A DNA stretch of 15,014 bases from an archaeon (lineage in GTDB: Archaea; Iainarchaeota; Iainarchaeia; Iainarchaeales; CSSED10-239): assembly GCA_035387745.1 (NCBI GenBank), contig DAOOON010000004.1, forward strand, positions 1 to 15,014, written 5' to 3'. The position numbers and the translations under genes were made by a program. Below the pieces are notes generated by a model. It was not told where the DNA came from. It saw only the letters and a program-made list of their open reading frames with translations, and searched no databases. This document shows, piece after piece, positions 14,691 through 15,014 of the stretch (positions are counted from its first letter, which is position 1; each line of letters begins with the position of its first letter).

Positions 14691-15014
14691 TTATTTCACC
14701 TTTAATTTTTTTTGCAATAACATACCCATTAATCCAAATATTGGAATAATTTCTAGTCTTCCAATCCACATATTTAATATTAATGCGATCTTTGGAACAA
14801 TTGGCATTGTGTGACTTGTAATCCCAGTGGTTATACCAACATTACCTTGTGCTGAAACTACCTCAAAAATACTATGCGATATTGGATAATTATATGCAAC
14901 TAATATTAATACTGTAATACCAATTAATATAATATAACTAATAATGAAAAAATATAAGAACTTAATGTCCTCGTTATCCACTGCTTCTCCATTGTGTTTT
15001 TTTGGTAAGCTTGC
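14691..15014 (-). CDS. trkH: TrkH/KtrB-family K+ transporter, C-terminal part (gene continues past window end)
   Basis: EVVSAQGNVGITTGI and MWIGRLEIIPIFGL are typical TrkH C-terminal motifs. The track's M at 14979..14981 is an internal GTG. The frame stays open to 15014 (SLPKKHNGEAVDNED...), so the gene is truncated by the window edge. Confidence 0.85.
   Translation of the reverse strand, partial: ASLPKKHNGEAVDNEDIKFLYFFIISYIILIGITVLILVAYNYPISHSIFEVVSAQGNVGITTGITSHTMPIVPKIALILNMWIGRLEIIPIFGLMGMLLQKKLKVK

Noticed and set aside
14691-14981. Track annotation of a complete 96-aa ORF starting at 14981
   Set aside because: The start is an internal GTG and the frame is open to the window edge. The sequence is the C-terminal end of a much longer TrkH/KtrB protein, so it is reported as a partial CDS 14691..15014.

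Overview
This is a visibly AT-rich, tightly packed segment that looks archaeal. The markers are ribosomal protein L10e/uL16, an NMD3 homolog, an aCPSF-type beta-CASP RNase, a FlaI/ArlI-type secretion-ATPase fold and an A24 prepilin/preflagellin peptidase. Compact spacing, many divergent proteins and GGTGA Shine-Dalgarno use fit a small-genome (DPANN-like) archaeon, but that assignment is inference. Housekeeping genes: a thioredoxin-fold protein, ndk, a Trm11-like RNA methyltransferase, rpl10e, an aCPSF2-like RNase, NMD3, trkA and partial trkH. The centre (4422..11731, minus strand) is a seven-gene block with spacers of -4 to 76 nt: an AcdB-like ATP-grasp protein, a PHP-like protein with substituted metal ligands, an A24 peptidase, an 839-aa FlaI/ArlI homolog, two single-domain T2SS-F-like membrane proteins and a DUF192 protein. 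The main finding is that the FlaI/ArlI homolog keeps the family fold signatures but has lost Walker A, the Asp box and Walker B, and it carries a ~410-aa N-terminal extension. No pilin/archaellin gene and no intact ATPase lie in the block. Secondary observations: three oversized intergenic regions (474, 331 and 238 nt) containing nested or mutually exclusive hairpins, so candidate ncRNAs of unknown class; an Ala/Lys/Pro-rich repeat tail on uL16; a 22-codon Lys-rich ORF with a canonical SD and terminator; and a thioredoxin with SGPS in place of CGPC. I found no tRNA, rRNA, CRISPR array or recognisable transposase. All family calls come from motif reading by eye; no searches were run.
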